64,000 bases of DNA, taken from positions 11,578 through 75,577 of the forward strand of contig JBMOMD010000043.1 of the NCBI GenBank assembly GCA_049325295.1. Direction: 5' to 3'. The DNA is from Nitrospirota bacterium (GTDB taxonomy: Bacteria; Nitrospirota; Nitrospiria; 2-01-FULL-66-17). The notes under the pieces are model-generated. The model saw nothing but the letters and a program-made list of their open reading frames with translations. It was not told the origin of the DNA and made no database searches. A program made the translations under genes and the position numbers. Below are positions 1-9,850 of the stretch, one piece after another (position 1 is the first letter of the stretch; each line of letters begins with the position of its first letter).

Positions 1-2
1 GC

Positions 3-500
3 GTGTTGTTGGCGTCGCAAGTTCGTCTGAAGGAGGCGGGCGCCCCGTCGGCGCCGACCGTGGTGGACGGCGACGTGATCGTGACCGGGTTTCGGTTGTC
101 CGCGTTGTCCGACGGGGAGGCGGAGTGGGAAGTGTCCGCGGCCAGGGCCCGCCTGTTCGAATCGAAACATCAGGCGGTGCTTGATCGGGTCAGCGGGTCG
201 GTGCGTATGCAGGATGGGGCGATGGCGCAGTTCGAAGGGGCCACGGCGGTGCTCGACACGGCCAGCCGGGATTTTGACCTCGACGGGGGCGAGGGCGAGG
301 CCCTGCTCACGCTGCCCAACGGGTACGTGATCCGCACGAAACGCCTGCGCTGGCTTCAATCGCGCGGTGAATTGACGTCCGTGGACGCGGTGTCCGTGGT
401 CGGTTCCAGGGTGTCGTTTCAGGGCGTGGGGTTGCTGGCGCGGCCCGCGTCTCAAGAATTCACGATTCTCAGCGACGTGCGCGCGGATGTGGTCTCGTAA
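3..500 (+). CDS. lptC: LptC-like LPS export protein (5' partial, cut by the window edge)
   Basis: OstA/LptC-like sequence with no start codon at the window edge. Synteny with lptA-lptB-rpoN directly downstream. Overlaps the next gene by 14 nt. Confidence 0.55.
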   Translation: MLLASQVRLKEAGAPSAPTVVDGDVIVTGFRLSALSDGEAEWEVSAARARLFESKHQAVLDRVSGSVRMQDGAMAQFEGATAVLDTASRDFDLDGGEGEALLTLPNGYVIRTKRLRWLQSRGELTSVDAVSVVGSRVSFQGVGLLARPASQEFTILSDVRADVVS

Positions 501-1068
501 CGGCGTCGTGATGGCCGCGCTGCTCGGCGCGATCGGTTCGATCGTACCGTCATGGGCCGCGGACGTCGCGGGTCCACTCGCGTCGCGACCGCTCGCCATC
601 ACCTCGCGCAGCATGACCGTCAAAAACCTCGATCACCGCGTGATATTCGATAAAGATGTCACGGTTATTAAAGGCGATATGGATTTGCAGGCCGATCGCG
701 TCGAGGTGGTGCTGGCAAAACCCGCTCAGACCGCGGCATCGAATTCATCCGGGAACGGCGCGGGACCGGATATGTTGTCGGAAGGCAACATCGAGCGGAT
801 CGTGGCGGAAGGGCGCGTCAAGGTCGTCCAAGGCAAGAAAACCGCCACCGCGGATCACGCCGTGTATCACCGCGCCGATGAGACGGTGGTGCTGACCGGA
901 CATCCCGAAACGTGGGAAGAGGGGGTTCGCATCCAGGGGTCTAAAATCACGATTCTGCTCAAGGAGCAGCGGAGCATCGTGGACGAAAGTCGCGTCGTGA
1001 TTTACCCGGAAGCCGGCGGCGACTCGACCGCGCCGACCGACGAATCGCGGGGGGATCATGGGAAATGA
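487..1068 (+). CDS. lptA: LPS transport periplasmic protein LptA (OstA N-terminal domain)
   Basis: Signal peptide followed by an LptA/OstA-like domain. Sits between lptC and lptB. Confidence 0.7.
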   Translation: MWSRNGVVMAALLGAIGSIVPSWAADVAGPLASRPLAITSRSMTVKNLDHRVIFDKDVTVIKGDMDLQADRVEVVLAKPAQTAASNSSGNGAGPDMLSEGNIERIVAEGRVKVVQGKKTATADHAVYHRADETVVLTGHPETWEEGVRIQGSKITILLKEQRSIVDESRVVIYPEAGGDSTAPTDESRGDHGK

Positions 1069-1864
1069 CGTGGGCCGCGCCCCCGCGTCGGTAGCGGCCG
1101 TTCCGTCGGGCGACACGCTGTCGGCGGTGGGACTGGAAAAAACCTTTCGGCGCCGCCGCGTGGTCAAGGGCGTATCCGTCACGATCAGGCCGGGGGAGGT
1201 CGTGGGGCTGTTGGGACCGAACGGCGCGGGCAAAACCACGGTCTTCAACATGATCGTGGGGCTCATCACGCCCGATCGGGGCGACATCGTGTTGAACGGC
1301 CGCTCGATCACCGCGTTGCCCATGCACCAGCGCGCGCGTCTTGGGTTGAGTTACCTGCCGCAGGAAGCCTCGGTGTTCCGCAAACTCACCGTGGCCGAGA
1401 ATATCCTGGCGATCCTGGAAACGCTGCCGATGCGGCGGGAAGAGCAGCGGGCGCGGTTGGAAGAACTGCTCGAAGAGCTGGGGGTGGCGCACCTGGCCGA
1501 GCAAAAGGGGTATACGCTGTCGGGCGGCGAGCGGCGTCGGGTCGAGATCGCCCGGGCGTTGGTTTTGTCGCCGCGGTTCGTGCTGTTGGACGAGCCGTTC
1601 GCCGGGATCGATCCCTTGGCGGTCGCCGACGTGCAAAAGGTCGTGGCGCACTTGCGCGACCGCGGCATCGGCGTGTTGATCACGGATCACAACGTGCGCG
1701 AAACGCTGGAAATCACCCGGCGGGCGTATATTATTAACAGCGGCGAGATTCTCCAGGAGGGCACGCCCGTGGAAATCGCGGAAAGCCCCCGGGTTCGCTC
1801 GCTGTATCTGGGCGAGCATTTCGCCTGGCAACGATCCTCAGCCGGCCAGGAGGCCAATCGGTGA
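1058..1864 (+). CDS. lptB: LPS export ABC transporter ATP-binding protein LptB
   Basis: Walker [10 protein letters not shown] and ABC signature [15 protein letters not shown]. Stop overlaps the rpoN GTG start (GTGA). Confidence 0.9.
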   Translation: MGNDVGRAPASVAAVPSGDTLSAVGLEKTFRRRRVVKGVSVTIRPGEVVGLLGPNGAGKTTVFNMIVGLITPDRGDIVLNGRSITALPMHQRARLGLSYLPQEASVFRKLTVAENILAILETLPMRREEQRARLEELLEELGVAHLAEQKGYTLSGGERRRVEIARALVLSPRFVLLDEPFAGIDPLAVADVQKVVAHLRDRGIGVLITDHNVRETLEITRRAYIINSGEILQEGTPVEIAESPRVRSLYLGEHFAWQRSSAGQEANR

Positions 1865-3327
1865 GACCGCGTTTGGAGCTGCGGCTCCAACAAAAGCTGG
1901 TCATGACGCCGCAGTTGCAGCAGGCGATCCGCCTGTTGCAGCTTTCCCGATTGGAATTGAGTCAGACCGTCTCGCACGAGCTGATGGAAAATCCGGTGCT
2001 GGAGGACGAGCTGTCGCAGGAAGGGCCCGAGGAGGAGGCCCCGAGCGGGGACGAGTCGCCCGCCGTGAAGACCGAGGCCGACGCCGAGGCGTCCGCGCCG
2101 GAGGCCAAGGAAAGCGCCGAGCTCGATCCGCAGGAGTTCAACTGGGACAGCTATTTCGACCAGGATGACTTCGGCCTGTCCGGAGACGGCGACTACGCCA
2201 GGGCGTCGTCCGAGGACATGCCGTCGTTCGAACAGACGCTCAGCAAGGCCGTGTCGCTGGAAGAGCACTTGTTGTGGCAATTGCGCCTGTCGAGCGTGCC
2301 GGAGGAGGACCGGCGGGTGGCGGAAGCGATCATCGGGAACGTGGACGACGACGGGTACTTGCGGGTCACGCTCGATGAGATCGCGCACAGCCTGAACTGC
2401 CCGGCGGCGACCGTGGAGCGGGCGCTCAAGTTGGTGCAAGGTTTCGACCCGCTCGGCGTGGCCGCGCGCGACCTCCGGGAGTGTTTGTTGATTCAGACTC
2501 GTCAGCTCGGGTTGCACGGCTCGCTCGTGGAATCGATCATCACCCACCACTTGCCGGACCTGGAAAAGAAGCGGTTCGCCGCGATCGCCAAGGCGTTGGG
2601 GGCGACGGCGGAAGAGGTGTTTCACGCCGCCAAGGTGATCGAACACCTGGAACCGAAACCGGGGCGGCCGTTCGCCGTGTCCGACAACGTCTACATCACG
2701 CCGGACGTGTTCGTGGTCAAGATCGAGGGCAAATACGCGGTCCTGCTCAACGACGACGGCATGCCGAAATTGCGGATCAACCAGTATTACCGTCGTCTGC
2801 TCAAGAACAAGACGCCGGGCGTGGACACCACCAAGACGTATCTCGAAGACAAATTGCGGTCCGCGTTGTGGCTGATCCGCAGCATCGAGCAGCGCAACCG
2901 CACGATCGTGCGCGTGGCCGAGAGCATCGTGAAGTTCCAGTACGAGTTCATGGAACAGGGCATCAACTATCTCAAGCCGTTGATCCTCAAGCAGGTCGCG
3001 GAGGACATCGGGATGCACGAGTCCACCATCAGCCGCGTGACCACGAATAAGTACATGTATACGCCGCAGGGGATCTTCGAGCTAAAGTTTTTCTTTAATA
3101 GCGGAATCGCCCGCACCCAGGGCGGCGGCGAGGACTTGTCCTCGGTCACGGTGCGCGAGCGCATCCGGCTGTTGGTGGCGAACGAAGATCCGCGACGCCC
3201 CATGACCGACCACGAGTTGGTGGAACGCTTGTCGGCCGAGCAAATCGCCATTGCCCGGCGGACCGTGGCCAAGTACCGCGGGTGGCTGCGCATACCGCCC
3301 GCGAACAAACGCAAACGCGTATTCTAA
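1861..3327 (+). CDS. rpoN: RNA polymerase sigma-54 factor RpoN
   Basis: Full-length sigma-54 with the C-terminal RpoN box (ARRTVAKYR). Conserved position after lptB. Confidence 0.92.
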   Translation: MRPRLELRLQQKLVMTPQLQQAIRLLQLSRLELSQTVSHELMENPVLEDELSQEGPEEEAPSGDESPAVKTEADAEASAPEAKESAELDPQEFNWDSYFDQDDFGLSGDGDYARASSEDMPSFEQTLSKAVSLEEHLLWQLRLSSVPEEDRRVAEAIIGNVDDDGYLRVTLDEIAHSLNCPAATVERALKLVQGFDPLGVAARDLRECLLIQTRQLGLHGSLVESIITHHLPDLEKKRFAAIAKALGATAEEVFHAAKVIEHLEPKPGRPFAVSDNVYITPDVFVVKIEGKYAVLLNDDGMPKLRINQYYRRLLKNKTPGVDTTKTYLEDKLRSALWLIRSIEQRNRTIVRVAESIVKFQYEFMEQGINYLKPLILKQVAEDIGMHESTISRVTTNKYMYTPQGIFELKFFFNSGIARTQGGGEDLSSVTVRERIRLLVANEDPRRPMTDHELVERLSAEQIAIARRTVAKYRGWLRIPPANKRKRVF

Positions 3328-3516
3328 GGAGCCTGTCCATGAATGGCCATCTGCGGCGTTGTCAGTCGGTCTTGCGTGCTCACGGTTTTCGTAGGGGCGT
3401 ATTGCAATACGCCCCTACAGGCGCGCAAGACCTCCTTCCGCCTTGCGACCCACCTTTAAGAAATGAGGTGGCGGAAGTCCCCGAAGGGGGCATCTGGCCA
3501 TCCCTGAACAGGCTCC
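3328..3516 (+). repeat. Structured inverted-repeat element, copy 1 (189 bp). Carries an extra internal insert with the 28-bp perfect palindrome GTAGGGGCGTATTGCAATACGCCCCTAC.
   Basis: Starts 1 nt after the rpoN stop. Terminal arms GGAGCCTGTCCATGAATGGCCATCTGC and GCATCTGGCCATCCCTGAACAGGCTCC are inverted. Same family as the copies at 6205, 38042 and 45346. Confidence 0.7.
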
Positions 3517-3620
3517 GGTATCACAATACTCGGACACATTATATAAATTAAGATGCCCGGAAGGGATTTCCGGGTGGTTGACGCGAGAGTTTGATAACGG
3601 AAAAAGGAGAGGACGGCGCC

Positions 3621-4136
3621 ATGAAGACGACGGTCACAGGGCGGCACATTGAGATCACCCCGGCGCTGCGCGCCCACGTGGAAGAACGCGTTGAGCATCT
3701 GACGCGGTTTTCCGGAGACGTGGCGGACGCCACGGTCGTGCTCTCGGTCGAGAAGTACCGCCATCAGGCCGAAGTGTCGTTGAACGTCAACGGCGTGTTG
3801 ATCCAGGCCAAGGAAGAAACGTCCGAAATGTACGCGTCGATCGACGAGGCCGTGGCCAAGATCGAGCGCCAACTGAAAAAATACAAGGATCGTCAACACA
3901 CCCGTCGTCAGCGTCCCGCGGCGATCATCGGCGAGACGGAACCCGTCGAGTCCGCGCCGGAACCGCTGGAGCGCGAGCGGCCGAAACTTCGGTCCATGAC
4001 GCCGGAGCAGGCGTCCGCGGCGTTGGACGGTGGGGAGACGCCGGTGCTCGTATTTCGTCACGCGGGCACCAAGGAGACCAACGTGGTGTATCGACGGGCC
4101 GACGGTTCCGTGGCATGGATCGACCCCGCGCCGTAG
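3621..4136 (+). CDS. hpf: Ribosome hibernation promoting factor (long HPF / sigma-54 modulation protein)
   Basis: MKTTVTGRHIEITPALR... is a typical HPF/RaiA N-terminus. RBS AGGAGAGG precedes the ATG at 3621. The longer ORF-track start at 3591 is rejected. Confidence 0.85.
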   Translation: MKTTVTGRHIEITPALRAHVEERVEHLTRFSGDVADATVVLSVEKYRHQAEVSLNVNGVLIQAKEETSEMYASIDEAVAKIERQLKKYKDRQHTRRQRPAAIIGETEPVESAPEPLERERPKLRSMTPEQASAALDGGETPVLVFRHAGTKETNVVYRRADGSVAWIDPAP

Positions 4137-5047
4137 CCGAACCCGACGCGCCCAAGCAGGGGGCTCGGCCGGCGGGCGCGAGCGGTCCCCGCATCGTCAT
4201 CGTCAGCGGGCTGTCGGGCGCGGGCAAGAGCCACGTGCTGCACTGTTTCGAGGACGTGGGGTTCTTTTGCGTCGACAACCTGCCCCCGCCGCTCATCCCC
4301 ACGTTCGTGCATTTGTACACCCACGGCGAACCCAAGAACCACCGCATCGCGCTCGGGATCGACATCCGCGGCCGGGAATTTCTCTCGCAAAGCTTCACCG
4401 CGATCGAGCAGCTCAGGCAGGCGGGGTATCGCGTCGAGATGTTGTTCTTGGACGCGCGCGACGACGTGCTCATCCGCCGGTTCTCGGAGACCCGGCGTCC
4501 GCACCCCTTGGCGCACTCGCGGCCCGTGATCGAGGGCATCACGCAGGAACGGGAAGAGCTCCGCGAGCTCCGCGCCCGCGCCGATCTCATCATCGACACG
4601 TCCGATTATTCGGTCCACCAACTCAAGGCGTTCATCGCGCAGCGCTACGTGGAGCGCCGGCACGGTCTGGCCGTGACCGTCATCTCGTTCGGGTACAAGT
4701 TCGGCGTGCCGCGCGAAGCGGACCTGGTCTTCGACGTGCGGTTCCTCAAAAATCCCAACTTCGTGGAAACGCTCCGGCCGCTGTCGGGACAAGACCACGC
4801 GGTGGCGGACTACGTCATGGGCCAGCCCGAAACCGAGGGGTTCCTCACGCGGCTGGAAGGGTTGCTCGAATATTTGTGGCCGTTGTACGAGGCCGAGGGG
4901 CGCACCTATCTGACCATCGCGTTGGGGTGCACGGGCGGCCGGCACCGCTCGGTCGCGTTGGTGGAACGACTGGCCGCGTTGTTGGGCCAGCGCGGGCTGC
5001 AGCCGACCGTCCAACACCGGGACATCGACCGGCACATCGGGAGCTGA
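4115..5047 (+). CDS. rapZ: RNase adapter protein RapZ (P-loop ATPase, YvcJ/YhbJ family)
   Basis: P-loop GLSGAGKS. Conserved position after rpoN-hpf. The exact start is uncertain; ATG 4115 overlaps the hpf 3' end. Confidence 0.8.
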   Translation: MDRPRAVAEPDAPKQGARPAGASGPRIVIVSGLSGAGKSHVLHCFEDVGFFCVDNLPPPLIPTFVHLYTHGEPKNHRIALGIDIRGREFLSQSFTAIEQLRQAGYRVEMLFLDARDDVLIRRFSETRRPHPLAHSRPVIEGITQEREELRELRARADLIIDTSDYSVHQLKAFIAQRYVERRHGLAVTVISFGYKFGVPREADLVFDVRFLKNPNFVETLRPLSGQDHAVADYVMGQPETEGFLTRLEGLLEYLWPLYEAEGRTYLTIALGCTGGRHRSVALVERLAALLGQRGLQPTVQHRDIDRHIGS

Positions 5048-5055
5048 GGAGCGCG

Positions 5056-5676
5056 ATGGCGTCATATACCGTGGCGATCACGGGGGCGAGCGGGGCGGTG
5101 TACGGCGTGACCCTGCTCGATCGTCTGGCCCAGGCCGGGCACGACGTCGCATTGGTGGTCTCCCCGGACGGCGTGACCGTGATCAAGGAAGAGACCGGGA
5201 TCGACTGGAGCGGCGACGTGTCCCGGGTGCGCCGCGCCATCGACCGGCGTTACCACGGGCGGGTGACGTGGTGGGAGCCGGGGAACTTCTACGCGCCGAT
5301 CGCGAGCGGCTCGCACCTCGGCGACGGCATGATCATCGCGCCCTGCTCCATGAAAACCGCGGCCGCGGTGGCGCACGGGTTGTCCGCGTCGTTGATCGAA
5401 CGGGCCGCGGACGTGACCTTGAAGGAACGGCGCCCGCTGATCGTGGTGCCGCGCGAGACCCCGCTGTCCTCGATTCATCTGGAGAATCTGCTAACCTTAT
5501 CGCGGGCGGGCGCGCACGTGGTCGCGGCGATGCCCGCGTTTTATCACCGCCCCAAGTCCATCGACGACGTGGTGGCGTTCGTGGTCGGGCGGGTGCTCGA
5601 CCACCTCGGAATCGCCCACGATCTGGTGCCGCGCTGGGGCGCGGACCGCACGCAACGGAGGACACGTGAGCGCTGA
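5056..5676 (+). CDS. ubiX: Flavin prenyltransferase UbiX
   Basis: MASYTVAITGASG...IIAPCSMKT...VVPRE matches UbiX/Pad1 motifs. Start placed by arithmetic from the stop. The 548-aa ORF 4030..5676 in the track is an artefactual upstream extension. Confidence 0.85.
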   Translation: MASYTVAITGASGAVYGVTLLDRLAQAGHDVALVVSPDGVTVIKEETGIDWSGDVSRVRRAIDRRYHGRVTWWEPGNFYAPIASGSHLGDGMIIAPCSMKTAAAVAHGLSASLIERAADVTLKERRPLIVVPRETPLSSIHLENLLTLSRAGAHVVAAMPAFYHRPKSIDDVVAFVVGRVLDHLGIAHDLVPRWGADRTQRRTRER

Positions 5677-6202
5677 ACCCGCAAGACCATTGATCCCGGA
5701 GGATCACCCCGATCCCGATGCCGATACCGCGATCGACCCCGAGGTCGAGGCCGCGGTCGCGGCGGAGGCGGCCGGGGACGAAAAGCTGACGCTCGTTCAG
5801 CGGGTCACGAAGATGAACGTGGCCCAGAAGGTCAAATTCGCGTTTCGGGCCGACAAGGAAGGCCGGACCTTGCTGCTCAAGGAATCCAGCCGGCTGGTGG
5901 TGATGGCGGTGCTCAACTCGCCCAAGATCACGGAGCAGGAAATCGAGACGCTGGCCAAATCACGCAACGTGTCGGAGGAAATATTGCGCGCGATCGCGAG
6001 ACGGCGCGATTGGATGTCGAAGTATTCGATCAAGCAAGGTCTCGCGAGCAACCCCAAGACCCCGGTGTCCATCTCGATGAGTCTGCTCCCGACGCTCACC
6101 GCGCGGGACCTGAGCTTTCTCGCCAAGGACAAGGGCGTTCCCGAAGCTATTCGGAATAATGCGGTGCGGCTCGCCAAACAACGCAGCGAACGCGGCGGCT
6201 AG
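5666..6202 (+). CDS. Hypothetical helical protein
   Basis: Overlaps the ubiX 3' end by 11 nt in the same direction (co-transcribed). No recognisable family. Chosen over the antisense ORF 5797..6177 on coding direction. Confidence 0.45.
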   Translation: MSAEPARPLIPEDHPDPDADTAIDPEVEAAVAAEAAGDEKLTLVQRVTKMNVAQKVKFAFRADKEGRTLLLKESSRLVVMAVLNSPKITEQEIETLAKSRNVSEEILRAIARRRDWMSKYSIKQGLASNPKTPVSISMSLLPTLTARDLSFLAKDKGVPEAIRNNAVRLAKQRSERGG

Positions 6203-6204
6203 TT

Positions 6205-6326
6205 CAGGCTGCTGAAAAAGTCCATCTGCTGCGTTGCCGCTGCGCATCCGCTGCTCACGTACGACCCAGTACGCTGCGCTGCGGTGCTCGCGGCTGCCTT
6301 GCATCTGGAGCTTTTTGAGCAGCCTG
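6205..6326 (+). repeat. Structured inverted-repeat element, copy 2 (122 bp)
   Basis: Starts 3 nt after the TAG stop of the 5666..6202 gene. Arms CAGGCTGCTGAAAAAGTCCATCTGC and GCATCTGGAGCTTTTTGAGCAGCCTG. Core shared with copies 3 and 4. Confidence 0.7.
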
Positions 6327-6373
6327 CCGGCTTCGCCGGGATTCAAGAGATCAACTGCGGATTCTTTGCGGCC

Positions 6374-7492
6374 TTACTCCGCGTCGGGTTCCGTTTCGAG
6401 GCGGCAACGCTCACGAATGCTGGACCATTCCTCGGGTAAATCGAAGGCTGTTCTTGGCGGGGCGGCGTGGGCGGAGAGGGCGCGGAGGCGGGTGACGCGT
6501 TCGCCGGTGGCCGGGTGCGTGGAGAGGTACGCGAGCATGCCGGGCATGTCGTGGCCCTCCCGTTCGAGCAGTGCGAAGAACGCGATCATGCCGGCCGGGT
6601 CGATCCCGGCGTCCAGGATCATCCGCATGCCCTCGTCGTCGGCCTCGGTTTCGTGCGCCCGGCTGTAGCGCAACGTGCCGAGGTTGGCCGCGGCGTTCAT
6701 GCCGAACGCGGCGGCGCCGCTCGCGTCGCCGGTGAGCGCGGCGATCACCAGCCCGGTGGAGGCTTGTTGCAGGAGGGCGCGCGTGGAGTGACGCCGGATG
6801 ACGTGCTGCGCTTCATGGGCGAGCACGCCCGCCAGTTCTTCCGGCGTCTCGGTGCGCCGCAACAAGCCCCGAAAGACCACGATCGGGCCGCCCGGCGCCG
6901 CGAACGCGTTGAGTTCGGGAACGTCCAGTACGATCAGGTGAAACGGGTACTCCGCGCCGGAGGATCCCAGCGTGGCGGCGAAGATCTCGTCGATCGCGGT
7001 TTGCAGGGCCGGGTCGTCGCACCGTTCGTCCACGTCGGCAAAATGTTCCAGGACCGCGTCGCCCAACCGCACGTCCCATGACAGGGGAACGTACGGAGTC
7101 ACCGCGCCCACGAGCGCGGGCACGCCGTAATTGATCAGCCCCACGCTCGCGACGATCGCGGCCACCGCGGCCGCCGCGGTCCACGCCATGCGCGATTTGC
7201 GCCGCGACGGGTCGTACGCGGCGGCCCCGAGCCGGGGCGCCTGCCGATAGAGCGCGTCCAACAACGCCCGGTCGTCGATGAGCAGGGCCTCGGCGATGGG
7301 CGCGCCGCGTTCGAAGCGCGCCTGCTCGCCCGCGAAACGCCCCTGCGTGCGCCGGATCTCGTCATACGGCCAGGTCAGGGTGTCGTTTTGCTCGGTGACG
7401 AGCTCGATCCGGTCGGGCAACAGGCGGACGTGCACGCGCCGCCGCTCGGCCGTGCGGCCGTCAAGGTATACGCCGGTCCCGTTGTCCGACAT
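6374..7492 (-). CDS. M48 family zinc metallopeptidase with N-terminal cytoplasmic domain and one TM segment
   Basis: HEAQHVIRRH (HExxH) plus a downstream glutamate-containing helix typical of M48/HtpX-like peptidases. Start MSDNGTG placed at 7492 by frame arithmetic. The upstream part of the 572-aa ORF is rejected. Confidence 0.72.
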   Translation of the reverse strand: MSDNGTGVYLDGRTAERRRVHVRLLPDRIELVTEQNDTLTWPYDEIRRTQGRFAGEQARFERGAPIAEALLIDDRALLDALYRQAPRLGAAAYDPSRRKSRMAWTAAAAVAAIVASVGLINYGVPALVGAVTPYVPLSWDVRLGDAVLEHFADVDERCDDPALQTAIDEIFAATLGSSGAEYPFHLIVLDVPELNAFAAPGGPIVVFRGLLRRTETPEELAGVLAHEAQHVIRRHSTRALLQQASTGLVIAALTGDASGAAAFGMNAAANLGTLRYSRAHETEADDEGMRMILDAGIDPAGMIAFFALLEREGHDMPGMLAYLSTHPATGERVTRLRALSAHAAPPRTAFDLPEEWSSIRERCRLETEPDAE

Positions 7493-7530
7493 GCTCCGTG
7501 CGTCCTCCGCGTCGGGAGGGGGCGTCGCGG

Positions 7531-8784
7531 TTACGCGGCGAATCCGGTGTCCAATTCGAGGAAATCGCCGAGTCCGTCGCCGGTGGCGGTGGCGGTCCGC
7601 GCGTCTTGTTGCACGGATTCCGCGTCCAACGCGCCGATCAGCGACAAGTTCGTGAACTCGAACCGGAGATTGCGCACCGTCACCAACGGCCAGGCCAAAC
7701 CGAACGTCACAACCAACAACACCAGATTCACCAGGTGCAGCCCGAAGAGCCCGCGGCCGGTCATGGTCGAGGCGAATCGCGCGCTTCCGAACGACGTGTG
7801 ACCCCAGTAGTACCGCGTTCGCCGGGCCGAATACCACAGCCAGACCAAACCGAGCGTGGGGACCGTCAACAGCAGCGCGAGCAGATAGGGACCGAACAGA
7901 TCGCGGCCGCGGCCGTCGAAACCGAACGACCGGTCGCCGAACCGCGAGTGGGACACCATGAAGGCGTGACGGTTGGTGGCGAAAAACGGGGAATAGAGAC
8001 CGAGCGTGAGTCCGGTCAGCAGCGCGCCGCCCACGAACAGTTTGACGAATTCGCCCACGTTGCCCTGGAATGAAAAGAGGATGTTCCGCCACGACGTGCG
8101 GCTGAGGCGGTACCGCCGCGAGCCGACCATGGCGACCGGAATGAGCACCAACATCCCGATGTAGCCCACCAGAATCGCGCCGATCATCACCGGCAAGCCG
8201 CCGGGCAGCATGGGCGCCGCGTTGAACAAGGCGCTGAGCGCGCCGAACACGAGGCCGGCCTTCAACGTGCCGACGAGCAGTTCGCGGCCGGTGCCGTGGT
8301 ACGCGAAGCGATCGCCTTCGAACTCGGTTTGGCTCAGCAGATAGGAGCGCACCCGCACCTTGCCCCAGAAATAATAGATGCCGAGGGTCAGGATGGTGAG
8401 CAACACGTTGACGATGTGAATGCCCAACAAGGTGCCCGCGCTGCCGGCGAAGGTCAGACGCCGTTCCGCGTCGGCTCCGGCTTGGGCCGATTCAACCAGT
8501 CGGACGGTTGGTTCGCCGAGCAGGTCCGTGCGCTCGGTCTGGTCGTCGGCGGCCTGACGGATCACGGTCGGCTCCGCGAGCGCCCGCTCCACGTCGGTCG
8601 CATCGGAGGCCGCGGCGTGCGTCACCGGCGGTGGCGCGGGCGGCCGCGCCGCGGCCACCGCGGCGGACGCGGTCGGCCGAAGACATGACGCGTCGGAAAT
8701 TCCGGTGGTTTTGCCGCAGTTCTGACAGGTGGGGGCGGCGAGTTGGATCAAGCCGCATTTTGCACAACGCATCGAGTTGAGCAT
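7531..8784 (-). CDS. DUF898 (YjgN-like) inner membrane protein with N-terminal CxxC...CxxC zinc ribbon
   Basis: Repeated LTLGIYxxW-type TM repeats characteristic of DUF898. N-terminal MRCAKCG...CQNCG. RBS GGAGGGA before the ATG at 8784. The 642-aa ORF start is rejected. Confidence 0.68.
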   Translation of the reverse strand: MLNSMRCAKCGLIQLAAPTCQNCGKTTGISDASCLRPTASAAVAAARPPAPPPVTHAAASDATDVERALAEPTVIRQAADDQTERTDLLGEPTVRLVESAQAGADAERRLTFAGSAGTLLGIHIVNVLLTILTLGIYYFWGKVRVRSYLLSQTEFEGDRFAYHGTGRELLVGTLKAGLVFGALSALFNAAPMLPGGLPVMIGAILVGYIGMLVLIPVAMVGSRRYRLSRTSWRNILFSFQGNVGEFVKLFVGGALLTGLTLGLYSPFFATNRHAFMVSHSRFGDRSFGFDGRGRDLFGPYLLALLLTVPTLGLVWLWYSARRTRYYWGHTSFGSARFASTMTGRGLFGLHLVNLVLLVVTFGLAWPLVTVRNLRFEFTNLSLIGALDAESVQQDARTATATGDGLGDFLELDTGFAA

Positions 8785-8943
8785 CGGGTCCCTCCGTGTG
8801 TGCTCGCCTGATGGAGTGTAGCAGAGGATGCCGAAAACGTATCGGTCGTCCCGCGCCTCGGAGCCCGTCATTTCTTGACATTGTCCCTTGGGCTTTGCTA
8901 CGGTTGGGCCTCTTTTTAACCGCCGGCTGACGCCATTTCTCGC

Positions 8944-9849
8944 GTGAAAACGCTCACATTTCAAGAGATCATCCTGCGCCTGCAACAGTATTGGGGCGAG
9001 CGCGGGTGCCTGATCGCCCAACCGTACGACACGGAGGTCGGGGCCGGCACCTTTCATCCTGCCACGTTCCTCCGCGCGCTCGGTCCCGAGCCGTGGCGCG
9101 TGGCCTACGTGCAGCCCTCGCGGCGTCCCACCGACGGCCGGTACGGAGAAAACCCCAACCGGCTGCAACATTATTATCAGTTCCAGGTCATTCTCAAACC
9201 CGCGCCCGAGGACGTGCAGGCGCAGTACCTGAACAGTCTGGTCGCGTTGGGGTTGAAGGTTTCGGACCACGACGTGCGGTTCGTCCAGGACGACTGGGAG
9301 TCGCCCTCGCTGGGGGCGTGGGGGCTGGGCTGGGAGGTGCGGTTGGACGGGATGGAGATCACCCAGTTTACCTATTTCCAGGAGATCGGCGGGATCGAAC
9401 TCAACTCCATTTCCGCCGAGATCACGTACGGTCTCGAGCGGATAGCCATGTACCTGCAACAGGTGGACAGCGTGTTCGATCTACAATGGACCAAGACGGT
9501 CCGGTACGGCGACGTGCACCACGAGACCGAGGTGCAATTCTCGCAATACAATTTCGACCAGGCGCACGTCCAATCCTTGTTCACGATGTACGACTTGCAC
9601 GAGCAGGAAGCCAAACGCCTGTTGGCCGAGGATTTGGTCCTGCCCGCCTACGACCAGTGTATGAAGACCTCGCACCTGTTCAACGTCTTGGACGCACGAG
9701 GCGCGATCAGCGTGACCGAACGCGCCACCTACATCGCGCGCGTGCGCGGCCTGGCGCGCGCGTGCGCGGAAGGCTGGCTCAAGCAACGGGAAGCCAAGGG
9801 GTTTCCCCTGCTAAAACGCGCTGTCGGCGGCCGTAACGTGAAGCGGTAG
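8944..9849 (+). CDS. glyQ: Glycine--tRNA ligase alpha subunit
   Basis: Strong GlyQ signature ([16 protein letters not shown]...[26 protein letters not shown]). Confidence 0.93.
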   Translation: MKTLTFQEIILRLQQYWGERGCLIAQPYDTEVGAGTFHPATFLRALGPEPWRVAYVQPSRRPTDGRYGENPNRLQHYYQFQVILKPAPEDVQAQYLNSLVALGLKVSDHDVRFVQDDWESPSLGAWGLGWEVRLDGMEITQFTYFQEIGGIELNSISAEITYGLERIAMYLQQVDSVFDLQWTKTVRYGDVHHETEVQFSQYNFDQAHVQSLFTMYDLHEQEAKRLLAEDLVLPAYDQCMKTSHLFNVLDARGAISVTERATYIARVRGLARACAEGWLKQREAKGFPLLKRAVGGRNVKR

Positions 9850-9850
9850 A

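Noticed and set aside
3282-3551. Small ORFs inside the repeat copies (3282-3551, 6234-6668, 45269-45460, and the start of 38073-39143) as coding genes
   Set aside because: They lie within the inverted-repeat elements, differ between copies, and have no RBS. Their open frames are a by-product of GC-rich sequence.
4030-5676. 548-aa ORF spanning the hpf/rapZ region into ubiX
   Set aside because: Only the last 206 codons (from ATG 5056) match UbiX. The upstream part overlaps hpf and rapZ in another frame and is Arg/Pro/Gly-rich, as expected of a GC-driven open frame.
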